From the NCBI GenBank assembly GCA_013265495.1, contig MU057375.1, forward strand, positions 53,226 through 73,225: a DNA stretch of 20,000 nucleotides, in the 5' to 3' direction. The DNA is from Vicugna vicugna (Eukaryota). Positions 1-11,351 of this stretch are shown here, piece by piece. The stretch's first letter is position 1. Each line of letters starts with the position of its first letter. A model generated the notes under the pieces. The model was given only the letters and a program-made list of their open reading frames with translations. It was not told the origin of the DNA and did not search any database. The translations under genes and the position numbers were made by a program.

Positions 1-789
1 AGGATGAGTGTTAAGAGATAAGCATCTTGGAATGGTGAAGGACCCCACACCATTGAAGATGGAGAGAAAGGTGGTACTCAGGGCAGGAGGTGAGGTTTAC
101 TCAGGCCAAGAACTTCCAGAGGAATGCCAACCTGAGTCATAGCCCTCCAGGGCACAAACTAGTGGGATCCACTTCATCCAAACTAGAAATTGATAGAAGT
201 CCCCTCAAAACTGTGTTTGTCAGTTGACTTGTTAATATTTGAAAGAGGGTCTTGAGATTGGTCTCACTGTAATCATGCTACCTCTACCTAGCATAATAAA
301 TATCAAGAAGAAGTTCTAACTGGATTAGAATTATCACATGCCTACTTTACTAACATAATGCAGGGGTCCAAACAAGTGTCTTTGGGCAATCCCTGCCCCT
401 GTGGCTATTGATCTCAAGTCTGATCCCAAGAGGGTGAATATACTACCATGCTTCTGAGGTGGAGACAGTCCCCATAGGAACCAAGCTGTTACATAATGAA
501 ACCCACCCTTTATTTCATATCTCTCTACAACTGTTCAGCCAGTGCATGGTAGAATTTTCAGGGAATGAGAATGGAGACATGGAGTTTTGTAGAACCTGAG
601 TGGGGCATGTTTTACAATTCAAGACCCCTAAAATGGATTTCTTGTGGAAGTGCCTTTGTGTGAGCACTACACACACACTCAGCTGCACAGCTCAGCCTCC
701 TGCATGCCTTGTGATTTTTCTCTTTCTGCCCATGGGCCCCTCATCCTGGAAGTCACTGTGCCAGCCCATGCAGCTCCCTGCTGTTTCTC

Positions 790-961
790 CAAACCATGTT
801 CTCCTCTCACCTAGACTCCCCCTTCTCAACTGAGTCAGTCCCATCAGTCATTGCAAGAGTTGCCTCACTGCTCTCCAATCCTGCTCTGGACCCCTCTGCA
901 CAGCCTCCTCCCACATCTTTTCAAAGTAAAATTTTCCAGTGTCTTCCGTGGCAGGCAGCTT

Positions 962-1003
<42 letters not shown>

Positions 1004-1297
1004 TATTTTTCTTTGTCTTCTTGCCTTGGCTGGCTAACCAGCATTCAATACCTGAAAGCCTCCCTTCCTTCTCCCTTGGTAACCCCCACTTAGAACTGTC
1101 ACCTCTTCCAGGCAGCCATCCCCTGGCTCTCCATCCCAGGCTGGGTCACATCCCAGGATGTGCCTGTGCATATATGCCACTTGGGGTCCTTGATACATCT
1201 TTTAATGATCTGTTTAGGTGTCTGCCTCTCTTCTGAGTGGGGAGTTTCAGGAAAACCTCTCTTAATCTCTCACACCCAGCACATGGCCCTGATTAAA
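790..1297 (+). mobile_element. Ancient L2 3' fragment, interrupted by the (AC)n tract
   Basis: L2-like motifs: CTCTCACCTAGACT, TGTCACCTCTTCCAGGCAGCCATCCCCTG, TCTGTTTAGGTGTCTGCCTC and CCCAGCACATGGCCCTGA. Ends are approximate. Confidence 0.55.
965..1001. repeat. (AC)18 microsatellite
   Basis: Perfect dinucleotide run seen directly. Confidence 0.98.
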
Positions 1298-2520
1298 GCC
1301 TGGCCTTGGGGCCAGGCCAATGACAGTGTTAAGAGGTGCTCCTGGGCTTAGGGGAGCAGCTCCTCATAGGAGGCTCTGCTAGGTGGTCCCAGACCTAGTT
1401 TCTACGGAATCCCTGTTCAGGAAGGCTCAGCTCTCTCCCTGAAATCTTGGGTGTTGCCATGAGGAGCCCAGTCTTTCTTAAACTTATGAAGGTTTGGGGG
1501 GGTGAAGGTGGCTATGCATCAGGCTTGTTACCTCCTCCCAGGCTGGAGCCCAAACAGCTTAATGCTACATCTAGTGGTGGTAGCTGACTAGAGGCAGTCA
1601 TCCGGTGGTGGAGACAGCCCAGCTCTCTGCTGGCTACAAGATGCTAGCTCTCCACCTGGGCTCATGTGTAAAGGCTTCATGCAGTGTAGGAGTCTGAGCA
1701 TGCTGGCCCCTTGGAAGGCTCTTCATGTCCAGGCGCCAAGGTCAGGGATGCACTGGTTTCCAGCCATGAATTGGGCTTCAGAGTCTGAGCCTACTGCCTG
1801 AATCCAGGCTGAGCTGTGGGCAGAGGGATGGGGGATGGACACCCACCAAGGTCCATGGGGCCAGCTAGGGTTCAAGCCCACAGCCAAGGCTCTGCTCTGG
1901 AATGTTTGGCCATGGCGAGTCCCCCTTGACTCCCTGTCAGCCAAGGGAGGCTGAAGAGGGATTCAAGGAGGTGAGCTGCCCAACTGGAAAAATGTGAGGA
2001 GCTGACTTTCTGTGAAATAGACTGCACCAGGAGCTGACATGGAGTGAAAAAACATTTTATTCTATTGCCGCAAGGTGGTGTTTGCGCTCCGGGGTGCACT
2101 TGTCCTGCTTTTATCTCTTTTCTGCCTGCACATGCTGTGTTCATTTCTTTGTTCATGAGGCTTACATAACACCACTAGCTCATGGGTACTTCTACTTTAT
2201 TTTTTCTAAAACTTATATAAGTGCGTATGCATACAAACATCATTTACCTTATACTACAAGCATGTTGTTGTGGCCTTGGCCTTGAGTCCCACGACCTACT
2301 CATTCAAGGTCACTAACATTCCCCTTGTATCCCAATGCCTGGCTCAGTGTCCCTCCCCATCTTTCTCCCAGCTGTCCTTGGCCAGGCTCCATGAAGTGCT
2401 CTCTGCCCAGGGCACGGGGTCACGGCATGAGATACTCAGCAGCTGAGGTCAGCAGGCACCAGGGTCTCTAGGAACCTCTGAAATCAGTCCAAGGCCAATA
2501 CTTTTTTCATCCTCTTGTCC

Positions 2521-3127
2521 CTGGTGAACACGAGGAGTGAGGCCCCGGGCTGCCAAGTCTCTGAGCGCCGCAGCCCAGGCAGTTCTCTACCACCCTGCTG
2601 GCCTGCCTCCAAGCGTCCCTCCAGCTGGGAGTGAGGGGCACCCAGTGCCCTCTCTGAGCCATGAACAGGAGAGCACTACACGGCAAGGTTGAGACCCTGC
2701 AGTTACCCGGTTGAGAGGAGGGTAGAGGAAGGGAGTCAGGCAGGTATGGGAGGGGGCATCCTCCACAGTTTGCTCCTCATGGGGGCTCAGACACACAGTG
2801 ACCCTGGAGCCACTGTGCCTGCCCAGGCTGCTGCTGCCACAACCTCTGCTGCCTCCAAACAAGCTTCCTGAGCCATGGGAAGTGCCCCCACTGCACTGGC
2901 CTGGGCTTGGGCTGCCAACAATGCTACAGCCACAACCAGAGTAGGAGCAGGGGCCTGACAGCTGGACTGGGCTGGGATGGGGTGGGCGCACGACACAGAG
3001 GTTGGCATGCAGGGGAAGATGCACTGATGGCCTTGGCTCTCCAGGGGAGCAGCCTGGGACTGCACCCAAACCTGCGCCTCCCCATTCGGTGCTGCCCTTG
3101 GCACACACCCGGGGGACATGCAAGCAC
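2521..3127 (+). promoter_or_regulatory. Fossil (deaminated) CpG-island promoter/5'UTR of the GRID1 copy
   Basis: GC-rich but CpG-poor: manual count of 16 CpG in 2521-3480 and none in 2761-2940. TG/CA-rich runs such as GCTGCTGCTGCCACAACC resemble decayed (GCC)n. It lies directly upstream of the exon. Boundaries are approximate. Confidence 0.7.
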
Positions 3128-3206
3128 CTGGAAGAGCTAATGCTGTGGCTTCTACCCTTGATATGCCAATGCATGTCGGTGCAGGCCAACTCCATCATCC
3201 ACATCG
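3128..3206 (+). pseudogene. GRID1: Degenerate copy of GRID1 (glutamate receptor ionotropic delta-1) coding exon 1: signal peptide and start of the N-terminal domain
   Basis: Translates as LEELMLWLLPLICQCMSVQANSIIHI(G). The human GRID1 N-terminus, as recalled, is [27 protein letters not shown], giving 20/27 identity. The start codon position reads CTG (3128-3130). The segment is 79 nt and ends in phase 1 at a donor-like G|GTGAAT (3207-3212). It lies within ORF-track entry 3002..3232. Confidence 0.92.
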
Positions 3207-3797
3207 GTGAATGTGGAGGGCAGTGGGGCTGAGGCTGGGTGGAGGCCCCAGTGGCTCACCCGGTGTGCAGAGTCCAAACATGGCTGTTCCCTGGGCTGAG
3301 GGGCTCAGCAGGTGGTTCTCCCCCAAAGGGCTGTGCCACACTGCCTGGCAGAGGAGATGTGCATGGGCCATGCTGCTGTCCCACTGGTTCTCACTGTTTC
3401 CCAGGATTCAAATCCCCACTCGGGGCCCTGAAGCCTCTGCCACCACATAGGGCCCAGGCTTTGAGGAACCTCTGGCTAGACGCACCTCCAGACCTGTGCC
3501 CCTGGCAGGGCTGTTGGCTGGATAGAACTAGCCCTTACCTTCAGTTAGAGCAGCGTGGGATGGGGGCAGACAGGACCTGGGGTTTCCCCAACTTGGCAGG
3601 GCAGGATCAAAGTGTCACATGCTGCTATGCATGAATGTATGTCAGTGGGTGTTTTCAGCATGTCACTGTGTACATGCCTGGCACCGTGTTGGTGTCACTG
3701 CAAGAAGGTGTTGGGGTGCGTGGGGCCATCAGAGCCTGTGTTGGTGTACACACTAGTGTCAGCATTTTAGAGTGGACAGTGTCTGCCTGTTTCCCTG

Positions 3798-3820
3798 GTG
3801 TGTGTGTGTGTATCTCTCAA

Positions 3821-3852
<32 letters not shown>

Positions 3853-3856
3853 TGTA
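3798..3856. repeat. Interrupted (TG)n microsatellite
   Basis: TG runs at 3799-3810 and 3821-3844 plus a degenerate tail. Confidence 0.95.
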
Positions 3857-3992
3857 TCTGTTTGTGGCAACAACAGCCCAATCCTGGACAGGACAGTCCC
3901 AGAGTTTCCCAAGGCCCAAATGTTGGGGGCAGGCAGATGGTCTGGGTGGTGGGAGCCAGGGGAGAAGCCTGAGTAGTGATGTGTTAGGGGAA

Positions 3993-4006
3993 TGTGTGTG
4001 TGTGTG
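3993..4006. repeat. (TG)7 microsatellite
   Basis: Seen directly. Confidence 0.85.
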
Positions 4007-4668
4007 GAGGAGATGAGCAGGATGAGACCAATGGACAGAGAACCAGGAGAGGAAAGAAGAGGAGAGGAGGAGGGGGCCTGGGGATAAGAAGTGTGGGGGA
4101 GTTGGTAACAGCAAGGGAGAAAACCCAGAAAGTTGGGTTGGGTTGGGGGACTAACAATGGTTGCTTTAGGGGAGCTCCTCTGCAGTAGCTTTTCAGGAAG
4201 TTGGGAAAGACCAGCAAGCCCAGAGAAACTGGGGGTTGGGAGCTATGAGAAGGCAGGAATGATGGGACTGATCAGGCAGGGGTGTGAGGGGCTAGGGGTG
4301 TGCTTGGTGTGCTGCAATCCCCAGGAAGAGACCAGGGCCAAGTCTGATTCCCAGTGGTGGGTGGTGGTGGCTCGGGTCTTGAGATCAGCCTCATGGCTCT
4401 GGGTATAGCATGGAAGGGGATCCCCCTCCTCCTGCCCAGCAGCCAGGTCCGGGGGTCATTGGGTCCAGCCCTGGGACTGTGGTGAACCTCATGGCCTGAA
4501 GAGGAGGGAGAAGTCTGGAGTTGTCCAGGCTGCACAGCCAGGCTCTGATGAGTCTGACTGATCTCAGGTGGAAGTGCACAGAGTCTGCCAAGGTGGTGCT
4601 AAGAATGCAAAGGGCCAGCTGGAGGCCATCCTGGAGGAGCTGTTCATGGTTTAAGAGCAGCACATTCT

Positions 4669-6315
4669 GAGGAGGGGCCAAGATGGCAGAGTAGAAGGAC
4701 ACTCATAGCTCAGCGTCTCCCACAAATACACCAAAGCTCACTTCCACGGACCCACCCAGCCAACCGGAGCACCTGCTGAACTCCAACAGAACATCGCCCT
4801 CTTCAAAAGACAAAGACACCACGAATCTGGTAGGAGAATAGGAAAAAAGAAAGAAGAAAAAGCAAAACAGTGCAGACCAGTCCTGTGGGGAGGAAGTAAC
4901 AAAGGAGGAATAACGCTTGTTCACTGGGCCTCTCCCTCTCCAATGGAGAGGTCAGCAGGAAGGAAGGGGAACCTCCGAGGCTTGGATCTGTACAGATCAG
5001 AACTAAGTTAAATGGGCACAGAGGGTCTCTGCTACTCCCAGCCCTAGAGGCAAAGTGGCAGGTGGGGGACAGGACAGGCTACCTGAGCCAGGAAGAGGAC
5101 TGGGGCAGTTGCACTGAGACATCCCCAGGGGAATGCAGGGTGCTATGCGCTGTGGATGAGTGGGTACACAGGGCAGAAAAACCTGGGCCCTCCATAAAAC
5201 AACATGGCTGATGTGCCCTGGGGGGGAAGGGTGTATACCCCCATCTCTGAAAACCCACGGAAAGTTTTCAGGGGAAGAGAGGCAGGCCTTGGGCACAGCC
5301 GCCATATCCTCCAGTGCTTAGCATCCAGGTGGGGGCGGGAGCAAAACCTGCATCTGCACCGAAGGGCTTAGCAGCCTCAAAGGCCAGATGGAGACTTGTC
5401 TACAGCCCAAGGCAGATAGAATCCTTCCATCCTGGTCCCTCAGAGAACTTGCTCCACCAAGACAAACAAGGAGCTGTGTTTTGGCCTGGAGCAAGGACAA
5501 GGCTGTTCCTCGGTCTTCCCGGAGCCCACCTGTGGAGCCCCAACCTGAGGCGGAGCACGCAATGGCACAGAGCAGCAGAGCGACAGGCGCCAGGAGAGGG
5601 AGGGTGGCCTCCCGCCCTTCAGGCAGGAACACAGCCCCTGGCCATGGTGCTGGGAGGGGGCGCGACCCGTCCTCCTACCTGGCCAGTCTGCAACATTTGA
5701 CTGCGGCAACAGGAGGGGCAGTGACCCGCCCGCCCACAGCAAAGGAGAGCTACACCTGACCCAGTGTTGGGAGAAGATGCGATCTGCTTGCCGACAGGCA
5801 CTGGGGGCAGCAAAGTTGAGGGCAACAACGGAGGACCTCTGGAAACAGCAAGCTGAGCTTCCAAAACAGGACAAAGACAGAAAGACTTCACACTAAAAGC
5901 ACACAGACTCCAGGAGAACACCGACCCCCCTTTTTTTAAATCTGTTTTTACCTGTTCTATTTTCTATTACCCTCTTAATTTTTACTTCTTAATTCATTTT
6001 TATTTCTCTTGGGTTTTGATGTCCTGTTATTGATTAGACACAGGTTTCAAATACATCTTTTCACTTTTTACCCTTTTTAAAAAGATTTTAAAAGGATGTC
6101 TCAACCCGATTGATATTCTGCTTCAACTCGCTCTTCTATTATTCATTATACACTGTTTTCAAACCTTTTTTCTCCCTTCTTTTAAAATCATTCTCTCTCT
6201 CTCTTTTTTTTTCTTTTTTTCCTAAGTCTTATTCCTAAATAGGCATTAGATAGATAAACTCCTTAAGGACCACAATAGATAACTGATACTCCATAAAGCA
6301 CAGTGCCAGAGAGGT
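4669..6315 (+). promoter_or_regulatory. L1 5'UTR/internal Pol II promoter with a YY1-like site
   Basis: CCAAGATGGC at 4678-4687 is the YY1 core typical of L1 5' ends. A GC-rich, CpG-containing block spans about 5500-5830 and a T-rich block spans about 5930-6230 before the ORF1 ATG. Confidence 0.85.
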
Positions 6316-7217
6316 ATGAGCAAGATGAAGAAGCAGAGAAACCATTCCCAATTAAAAGAACAAGAGAAATCCCCTGAAAGAAAGATCAATGAAAAAGACA
6401 TCGATAACCTACTAGATCAAGATTTCAAAAAAGGAGTGATCAAAGTGCTGAAGGAATTAAAAGAGATAGTGTTTAGAGGTATAAATATATCAAAAATGAA
6501 ATTGAGGCTATAAAGAAGAGCCAAGTAGAATGGGTAAACTCATTGACTGAGATGAGGAATGATCTAATAGCTGTGCTAAGCTGACTAGATAATGCAGTGG
6601 AATGAATTAGTGACCTAGAAGACAGGACAATAGAAAGCACCCAATCAGAAGAGCTACAAGAGAAACAAATAAAAAATAGTGAAAATAGCATAAAGAGGCA
6701 TATATGGGGTAATATAAAGTGTGCCAATCTACACATAATAGGGATCCCAGAAGGGGAAGAAAGATCAAAGGGGATTGAAAAGGTTTTTGAAGAAATCATG
6801 ACTGAAAACTTCCCAAACTTAAAGAAAGAATAGGATATCCAAGTACAGGAAGCTCAGAGGGTCCCAAACAAGAAGAACCCAAATAGACCCACACCAAAAC
6901 ATATAATCAAGATGGCCAGAGTCAAGGATAAAGAAATGATTCTAAAGGCAGCAAGAGAAAAGCAAAAAGTAAGTTACAAGGGAACCCCCATAAGGCTCTC
7001 AGCTGATTTTTCTACACAAACACTACAGGCCAGAAGGGAGTGGCAAGATATATTCAAAGTCCTGAATGAAAAAAAGATGCAGCCTAGGATACTTTATCCA
7101 GCAAGGCTATCCTTTAGGATAGAAGGAGAGATAAAGAGTTTCACAGAGAAGAAAAAGCTGCAGGAGTTTAGCAACACTAAACCCATGCTAAAAGAAATAT
7201 TGAAAGGTCTATTCTAA
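6316..7217 (+). pseudogene. L1 ORF1p (coiled-coil, RRM, CTD RNA-binding protein), disrupted
   Basis: Runs from MSKMKKQRNHSQLKEQ to ...ARREWQDIFKVLNEKKMQPRILYPARLSF. There is a frameshift near 6480-6490 and in-frame stops TGA 6582, TGA 6603 and TAG 6831. Confidence 0.95.
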
Positions 7218-7617
7218 ATAGAAAAGCAGCAGGATGCTATAGAAATGAGAAACTCACAACTGGAAAGGTGTTAACTAATGAATTACAAATAAAATAAACA
7301 TGAAATTATAAAAGAAGACATGCAAATCATTGAGAGTGGGAGAGGGAGGCAGGGAAATATAGAAGATTTTTTTTCTTTCTTTTAAAAAATTTTTTATCGG
7401 TAGGATGGTTTTGAGATCATGTTACTATCAGTTTAATAAAAACAGTTATAGTAATGGGCTAATAGATTTACGAAAAAGGGTAACCACAAGCCAAAACTTA
7501 CAAGGGAGTCACAAAAATTAAAATCCATGATAATACAAAGGAAAATTACCAAACCACAAAAGGAAGAAGAAAGGGACAAAGAGGAAATACCAAATCAACA
7601 GCAGAAATAAGTTCAAA

Positions 7618-10600
7618 ATGGCAATAAACACACATCTATCATTAATTACTGTAAATTTTAATGGACTAAATGCTCCAGTCAAAAGACATAGAGTGGCAGA
7701 CTGGATAACAAAGCAAGAACCTTCAATATGCTGCATATAAGAGACCCACTTTAGGGAGAAGGACATATACAGATTGAGAGTGAAAGGATGGAAAAGGATA
7801 TTCCATGCAAATGGAAAAGCCAAAAAAGCAGGTGTTGCAGTACTGATTTCAGACAAAATAGACTTTAAAACAAAGGCCATAAAGAAAGATAAAGAAGGAC
7901 ATTTTATAATGATTGAAGGAGTGATACAAGATGAGGATATTACACTCGTCAATATATATGCACCCAATATAGGAGCACCTAAGTACATAAAACAATTACT
8001 AACAGAGATAAAGGAGGATATTGATGGGAATACAATCATAGTTGGAGATTTTAACACTGCATTAACATCACTGGGCAGATCTTCCAGACAGAAAATAAAG
8101 CAACAGAGAAATTAAATAATACAATAAAAAACCTAGATTTGGTGGATATTTTCAGAGCATTACACCCACAAAAAATAGGGTATACATTCTTTTCAAGTGC
8201 ACATGGAACATTTTCCAGGATTGATCATGTACTTGGGCACAAAAGAAGCCTCAACAACTTTAAGAAGATAGAAATTATCTCAAGCATCTTTACTCACCAC
8301 AATGCCACAAAACTAGAAATCAACAACAGAGAAACAAAGGAGAAAAAAAGAAAAGCATGGAGATTAAACAATATGTTATTGAAAAAACAATGGATCAATG
8401 AGGAAATCAAAGCTGAAATTAAAAAATACCTTGAGACAAATGATAATGAAAGCACAACCACTCAAAACCTATGGAAAAAAAGAAGAACAATCTCAAACAA
8501 TTTAACCCACTAGCTGAATGAATTAGAAAAAGAAGAACAAAAAGCCCCAAAAGGCAGCAGAGGGAAGGCAATTATAAAGATCAGGGAGGAAATAAATACA
8601 ATAGAGATTAACAAGACCACAGAAAAGATCAACCGAACCAAAAGCTGTTTTTTTGAAAAAGTAAATAAAATTGATAACCCTCTGGCAAAACTCACAAACA
8701 AGAAAAAAGACAGCACAAATTAGCAAAATAAGAAAGAAAAATGGAGAAATTACAGCAAATAAAATAGAAATACAGAATACCATACGAGAATATTATGAAA
8801 AACTATATGGAACAAAAATGGATAACCTAGAGGAGATGGACAAGTTTCTGGAAACATACTGTCCACCAAGACTGAATCAGGGAGAAACTGACCACTTGAA
8901 CAATCTGATCACTAGAAAGGAAATAGAAACAGCAATTAAAAACCTCCCTACAAATAAAAGTCCAGGGCTGGACCACTTCACCAGGGAATTCTACCAAACA
9001 CACAAAGAAGAACTCATACCAGTCCTTCTCGAACTCTTCCAGACGATTGAAAAGGAGGGAATACTCCCAAATTCATTCTATGAAGCCACCATCACCCTGA
9101 TACCAAAACCAGGCAAAGACACTACCACAAAGGAGAATTATAGGCTAATATCACTGATGAACATGGATGCCAAAATCCTCACCAAAATATTAGCAAATAG
9201 AATCCAACAACACATAAAAAAGATTAGACATCATGACCAAGTGGGGTTCATCCCAGGGACACAAGGGTGGTTCAACATATGCAAATCAATCAAGGTAATA
9301 CATCACATCAACAAGAGAAAGGACAAAAACCCATGATCATCTCAATCGATGCAGAAAAAGCATTCGATAAAATTCAACACCTATTTATGATAAAAAACTC
9401 TCGCCAAAGTGGGTATAGAGGGAACATATCTCAACATAATAAAAGGTATATATGACAAACCTACAGCCAGCATAGTACTCAATGGTGAAAAACTCAAAAC
9501 CTTCCCACTAAAATCTGGGACAAGACAAGGATGCCCACTAACACCACTCCTATTCAACATAGTCCTGGAAGTCCTAGCCACGGCAACCAGGCAAGGGAGA
9601 GAAATAAAAGGTATCCAAATTGGAAAAGGAAAGGTAAAGGTGTCACTATATGCTGATGACATGTTACTATATATTGAAAACCCTAAAAGTTCCATACAAA
9701 AACTACTAGAGCTGGTTAAAGAATCCAGCAAAGTAGCAGGTCACAAGATTAATGTTCAAAAATCAGTTGCATTTTTTTACAGTAACGATGAATCAACAGA
9801 AAAAGAAAGTAAAGAAACAACCCTCTTTAAAATAGCATCCAAAGTAATAAAATACCTAGGAATAAATCTAACCAAGGAGGTGAAAGAATTATACACAGAA
9901 AACTATAAACCATTGATGAAGGAAATTAAAGAAGACTCTAAAAAATGGAAAGATATCCCATGCTCTTGGATTGGAAGAATAAATATTGTTAAAATGGTCA
10001 CAATGCCCAAGGCAATCTACAGATTTAATGCAATTCCGTTTCAAATCATACTGGACATATTTCACAGAACTAGAACAAATCATAATAAAATTTATATGGA
10101 ATGATCAAAAGACCTAGAATTGCCAAAGCATTACTGAAGAGAAAGAAAGAGGCGGGAGGAATAACTCTCCCAGACTTCAGACAATATAGAGCTACAGTCA
10201 TCAAGACAGCATGGTATTGGTACAAAAACAGACATATAGACCAATGGAACAGAATAGAGAGCCCAGAAATGAACCCACAAACTTTCGGTCAACTTATCTT
10301 CGACAAAGGAGGCAAGAATATACAATAGAATAAAGACAGTCTCTTCAGCAAATGATGTTGGGAAAACTGGACAGCAGCATGTAAAACAATGAAGCTAAAA
10401 CACTCCCTTACACCATATACAAAAATCAACTGAAAATGGATCAAAGACTTAAACACAAGACAAGATACAATAAAACTCCTAGAGGAAAACATAGGCAAAA
10501 CATTATCTGACATACATCTAAAAAATTTTCTCCTAGAAGAAATAAAAGCAAGAATAAACAAATGGGACTTAATGAAACTTACAAGCTTCTGAACAGCAAA

Positions 10601-11351
10601 GGAAACCATAAGTAAAACAAAAAGACAACCTACAGGATGGGAGAAAATTTTTTCAAATGAAAACAACAAAGGCTTGATCTCCAGAATATATAAGCAGCTC
10701 ATATGACTCAATAAGAAAAAAATAAACAACCTAATACAAAAATGGGCAGAAGATCTAAACAAGCAATTCTCCAAGGAAGACATACAAATGATCAAAAGGC
10801 ACATGAAAAAATGCTCAATATCACTAATTATCAGAGAAATGCAAATCAAAACTACAATAAGGTATCACCTCACTCCTGTCAGAATGGCTGTCATTCAAAA
10901 ATCCACAAATGACAAATGCTGGAGAGGCTATGGAGAAAGGGTAACTCTCCTTCACTGCTGGTGGGAATGTAGTTTGGTGCAGCCACTGTGGATAACAGTA
11001 TGGAGATTACTCAAAAGACTAGGAATAGACTTACCATATGACCCAGGAATCCCACCCCTGGGCATATATCCAGAAGGAACCCTACATCAAAATGACACCT
11101 GCACCCCAATGTTCATAAAAGCACTATTTATAATAGCCAAGACATGGTAACAGCCTAAATGTCCATCAACAGATGACTGGATAAAGAAGAAGTGGTATAT
11201 TTATACAGTAGAATACTATTCAGTCATAAAAATGACAATGTAACTCCATTTGCAGCAACATGGATGTTCCTGAAGAATGTCATTCTAAGTGAAGTAAGCC
11301 AGAAAGAGAAAGAAAAATACCATATGAGATTGCTTATATGTGGAATCTTAA
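7618..11351 (+). pseudogene. L1 ORF2p (APE endonuclease, reverse transcriptase, C-terminal CCHC), disrupted
   Basis: ATG 7618 begins MAINTHLSLITVNFNGLNAPVKR. EN motifs are NIYAPN, GDFN and SRIDH; RT motifs are QGCPL (~9526) and YADD (9649-9660). The zinc knuckle [18 protein letters not shown] (~10917-10970) has its second Cys changed to Tyr. Lesions include stop TAA 7738, further stops, frameshifts near 8100, 8700, 9330, 9400 and 10050, and a deletion near 8474. Confidence 0.96.

Larger units (their letters stand above)
3207..4668 (+). other. Probable GRID1 intron 1 remnant, ending at the L1
   Basis: Begins with donor GTGAAT and is GC-rich, CpG-depleted non-coding sequence with TG tracts. 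Homology to intron 1 is inferred from position, not from an alignment. Confidence 0.65.

Noticed and set aside
1..560. Possible old LTR or LINE fragment
   Set aside because: I could not match it to any family with confidence by eye.
796..1236. ORFs with HTHT or CVCV runs (also 3635-4114)
   Set aside because: They are translations of microsatellites and L2 relics.
2587..3204. 205-aa minus-strand ORF and overlapping 110-aa ORF
   Set aside because: These are antisense to the GRID1-derived GC-rich region, where stops are rare, and show no recognisable homology.
4625..4639. GCCATCCTGGAGGAG (AILEE) resembling the start of GRID1 exon 2 (AIFEE)
   Set aside because: There is no polypyrimidine acceptor before it and the similarity stops after five codons (LFMV then stop), so it is likely chance.
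5314..5921. Several 100-144 aa ORFs on both strands in the L1 5'UTR (ORF0-like?)
   Set aside because: They are expected in GC-rich sequence, several lack an ATG start, and I cannot see similarity to primate ORF0.
6316..11351. Active, retrotransposition-competent L1
   Set aside because: Both ORFs carry multiple stops and frameshifts, and ORF2 also has a deletion and a CCHC Cys>Tyr change.
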